The notes beneath the pieces were generated by a model that worked only from the letters and a program-made list of their open reading frames with translations, had not been told where the DNA came from and did not search any database. A DNA stretch of 64,000 bases from Octopus sinensis (lineage: Eukaryota). Numbering within the stretch: position 1 is the stretch's first letter; each line of letters begins with the position of its first letter. The stretch lies in assembly GCF_006345805.1 (NCBI RefSeq), contig NC_043020.1:9610001-9674000 (forward strand), written 5' to 3'. Shown one piece after another: positions 61,292-64,000 of this stretch. Made by a program: the position numbers and the translations under genes.

Positions 61292-61487
61292 CTGGTTGAA
61301 AACAGCTGTTCCCATCATTTCCACTGTTTTGGTATTTATCTGAATATCGGTGAATGTCTTTCTTCTTCTCAGTTACTTTCAGGTAAAACGGTGATTCCCG
61401 GATGGTTCCTCGGAATTCTTGTTTCAATGCAAGCATGTAATCATACTCCTCTCCTTGCAGTAAAGGTACAGCTTTCAATTCCAATGG
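61292..61487 (-). CDS. POLR3G: RPC7 exon (PLELKAVPLLQGEEYDYMLALKQEFRGTIRESPFYL...DIHRYSDKYQ...FQP)
   Basis: YMLALKQE and RYSDKYQ motifs of POLR3G/GL; attag acceptor, cag|gtttga donor. Confidence 0.93.
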
Positions 61488-63403
61488 CTAATGGTTATAA
61501 AAAAAAAAAAAGTACATATTTTTCTTTTCATATGTGAAGTAAATAGGATTACATTTCTGAACTCTTACTCTTTACTCTTTTACTTGTTTCAGTCATCTGA
61601 CTGCGGCCATGCTGGAGCGCCGCCTTTAGTCGAGCAAATCGACCCCAGGACTTATTCTTTGTAAGCCCAGTACTTATTCTATCGGTCTCTTTTGCCGAAC
61701 CGCTAAGTGACGGGGACGTAAACACACCAGCATCGGTTGTCAAGCAATGCTAGGGGGACAAACACAGACACATAAACACACACACACATACACATATATA
61801 TATATATATATATATATACGACAGGCTTCTTTCAGTTTCCGTCTACCAAATCCACTCACAAGGCTTTGGTCGGCCCGAGGGCTATAGCAGAAGACACTTG
61901 CCCAAGATGCCACGCAGTGGGACTGAACCCGGAACCATGTTGTTTTATTATTACCCACAAGGGGCGAGAACCCGGAACCATGTGGTTGGTTAGCAAGCTA
62001 CTTACCACACAGCCACTCCTGCGCCTATGTTTCTTTTCATATGTGAAGTAAATAGGATTACATTCCTGAACAAAGTTTTCTTTTTAAAATTGGCCAACTA
62101 CATGCTCTTTTACTTGTTTCAGTCATTTGACTGTGGCCATGCTGGAGCACCGCCTTTAGTCGAGCAAATCGACCCCAGGACTTATTCTTTGTAAGCCCAG
62201 TACTTGTTCTATCGGTCACTTTTACCGAACTGCTAAGTTACAGGGACGTAAACACACCAGCATTGGTTGCCAAGCGATGTTGGGGGGACAACCACAGACA
62301 CACAAGCACATATAAACACACACATATATATATACAACGGGCTTCTTTCAGTTTCCGTCTACCAAATCCACTCACAAGGCTTTGGTCGGCCCGAGGCTAT
62401 AGTAAAAGACACTTGCCCAAGGTGCCATGCAGTGGGACTGAACCCGACCAAAGCTTTGTGAGTGGATTTGGTAGACAAACTGAAAGAAGCCTGTCATGTC
62501 TGTGTGTATATATATATATATATATATATGGCGATCCTTCGGTATAGGTACACACGTGACTTTGTTTACATTTCCGAAGATAAGAGAAACCCTTTTCTCC
62601 CACCCCTAACCCTAATCTCCCATATATAAAAAAAAAAACACTTTCTTGAAATGTATCCGGTACTTACTATGTATGTGTGTATTTAATATATATGTATGCG
62701 GGTTTTCCTACCACCGCTTGACAACCGGTGCAGGTGCGCTTACGTCCCTGTACCTAAGTAGTTCGGCAAAACACCGATAGAATAAGTACCAGGTTTTTTA
62801 TATATATAAAAAAAAAAATTACTGGGGTCGATTCAAAAGTTCTTTAATGCGGTGCCCCAGCATGGCCGCAACCTAATGACTGAATCACTGTGAATGTTCT
62901 GTGGTGTATTTTGACATTAAAAAGCACACCTGAGAACTTTTGCAGACATTCCGAGGTTCCACACGTGTAGTGGGTAAATAACACTTGACGAGCCAATGAA
63001 GAATTCCGTGATTGAAAGGACTAATTAAACGGATTTCATTATCGTTTTATAGCATATTACATTTTATGGACAAGATACGAGACTTTAAAATTCGGGATTC
63101 CACACGCGTAGTGTAAATAATACTTTATAAGGGTACTATTTAAGAAGGGTGGTCACGGTGCGAGCACTCGCGTATCCGCGCTAGCTAGTCGTGACTAGTC
63201 GATCCTTACTTTGTGTTTTTGGGCGATCCTTCAGCATAGGCACCATAAGTGGCTTTGTTTACATTTCTGAAGATAACAGAAACCCTTTTCTCCCAACCCT
63301 AACTCCCCATATATATAAAAAAAAACCCACTTTGTTGAAATGTATCCGGTACTTCCGGTACCTATACCGAAGTTACGCCAAAAAGGCATTCTTTCGTTAG
63401 AAG

Positions 63404-63758
63404 CAACAAACCATGAAACAGTTTAATTAGTTTTAGTGACGGGGGTCTAATTATGGGCTCCTTCGTTGGCTCATAAAGGGTACTATTTAAGAAGAGTGGT
63501 CCCGGTGCGCGCACTCGCGCTAGCTAGTCTTGACTAGTCGATCCTAACGTCAAAAAAATTTTTAATTTGTGTAAAAAAATTACTTGTGTTTATTTACTTT
63601 GTTAGGTAGTCGTTGTAGGATCGACTAGTCAAGACTAGCTAGCGCGAGTGCGCGCACCGGGACCACTCTTCTTAAATAGTACCCTTTATGAGCCAACGAA
63701 GGAGCCCATAATTAGACCCCCGACACTAAAACTAATTAAACTGTTTCATGGTTTGTTG
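63404..63758. repeat. Inverted repeat, 143-bp arms, 69-nt spacer, in the POLR3G intron
   Basis: 63404-63546 vs 63616-63758, near perfect; partial third copy at about 63128-63205. Confidence 0.9.
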
Positions 63759-63893
63759 TATTATGTTAAAAACTGCCGTTCAAACCGAAAAGATCCCATG
63801 ATGTTTTAAGTATCTTAATTCATTCATTTTGGTTTGCCGGCTTCCTATGAATTTAACTTGAATGTTAACAGAAACAAGTGTTATAATACTTAC

Positions 63894-64000
63894 GGGGAAC
63901 AAAGGGGGTGGCTGGTGAATTGGCTGAGGGAGAGCATCACCTCTGTTAAAGCCTAAAATACCAATATTAAACGACGCACCACCACGGCCCCTTCCTCGAC
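63894..64000 (-). CDS. POLR3G: RPC7 (POLR3G/POLR3GL-like) first visible coding exon (RGRGRGGASFNIGILGFNRGDALPQPIHQPPPLFP); start codon lies beyond the window
   Basis: N-terminal RG repeat and PPPLFP motif of RPC7; donor ccc|gtaagt on -. Confidence 0.9.

Noticed and set aside
62600-62620. Telomere-like ccctaaccctaa
   Set aside because: Only two units, inside a dispersed repeat
63616-63758. Hammerhead in the 143-bp arms (CCAACGA...GACAC)
   Set aside because: GAAA absent in both arms and stems unconvincing

Overview
AT-rich, microsatellite- and TE-dense animal genomic DNA, most likely an octopus (inferred from the SINE/LINE repertoire and an intronless TGEKP-type C2H2 gene; not verified by search). 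Three host genes are supported. (1) The 3' part of an SLC37A3-like sugar-phosphate exchanger on + (nine exons, 67-29050). (2) An intronless 13-finger C2H2 ZNF on + (40564-41814). (3) A near-complete RNA Pol III subunit RPC7 gene (POLR3G/GL-like) on - (five exons, 55729 to beyond 64000). The rest is tRNA-derived SINEs, RTE and CR1/L2 LINE 3' ends, non-autonomous Helitrons, piggyBac/hAT/mariner MITEs, a DD37D maT relic and Penelope-like fold-back remnants. Best hunting results: (a) four tandem copies of a frame-preserving 36-nt candidate microexon (DVMSPHCSYTES) in one SLC37A3 intron; inclusion would create an ExxPLL sorting motif. (b) A set of minimal hammerhead-ribozyme folds at or near long inverted repeats, including cores with compensatory G3-C8 and U3-A8 swaps. 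(c) A composite hAT element with nested, swapped target-site duplications. (d) Several local rearrangement signatures: an inverted RTE with TSD, a templated inversion, and multimerised LINE/SINE ends. All folds, alignments and translations were done by eye.
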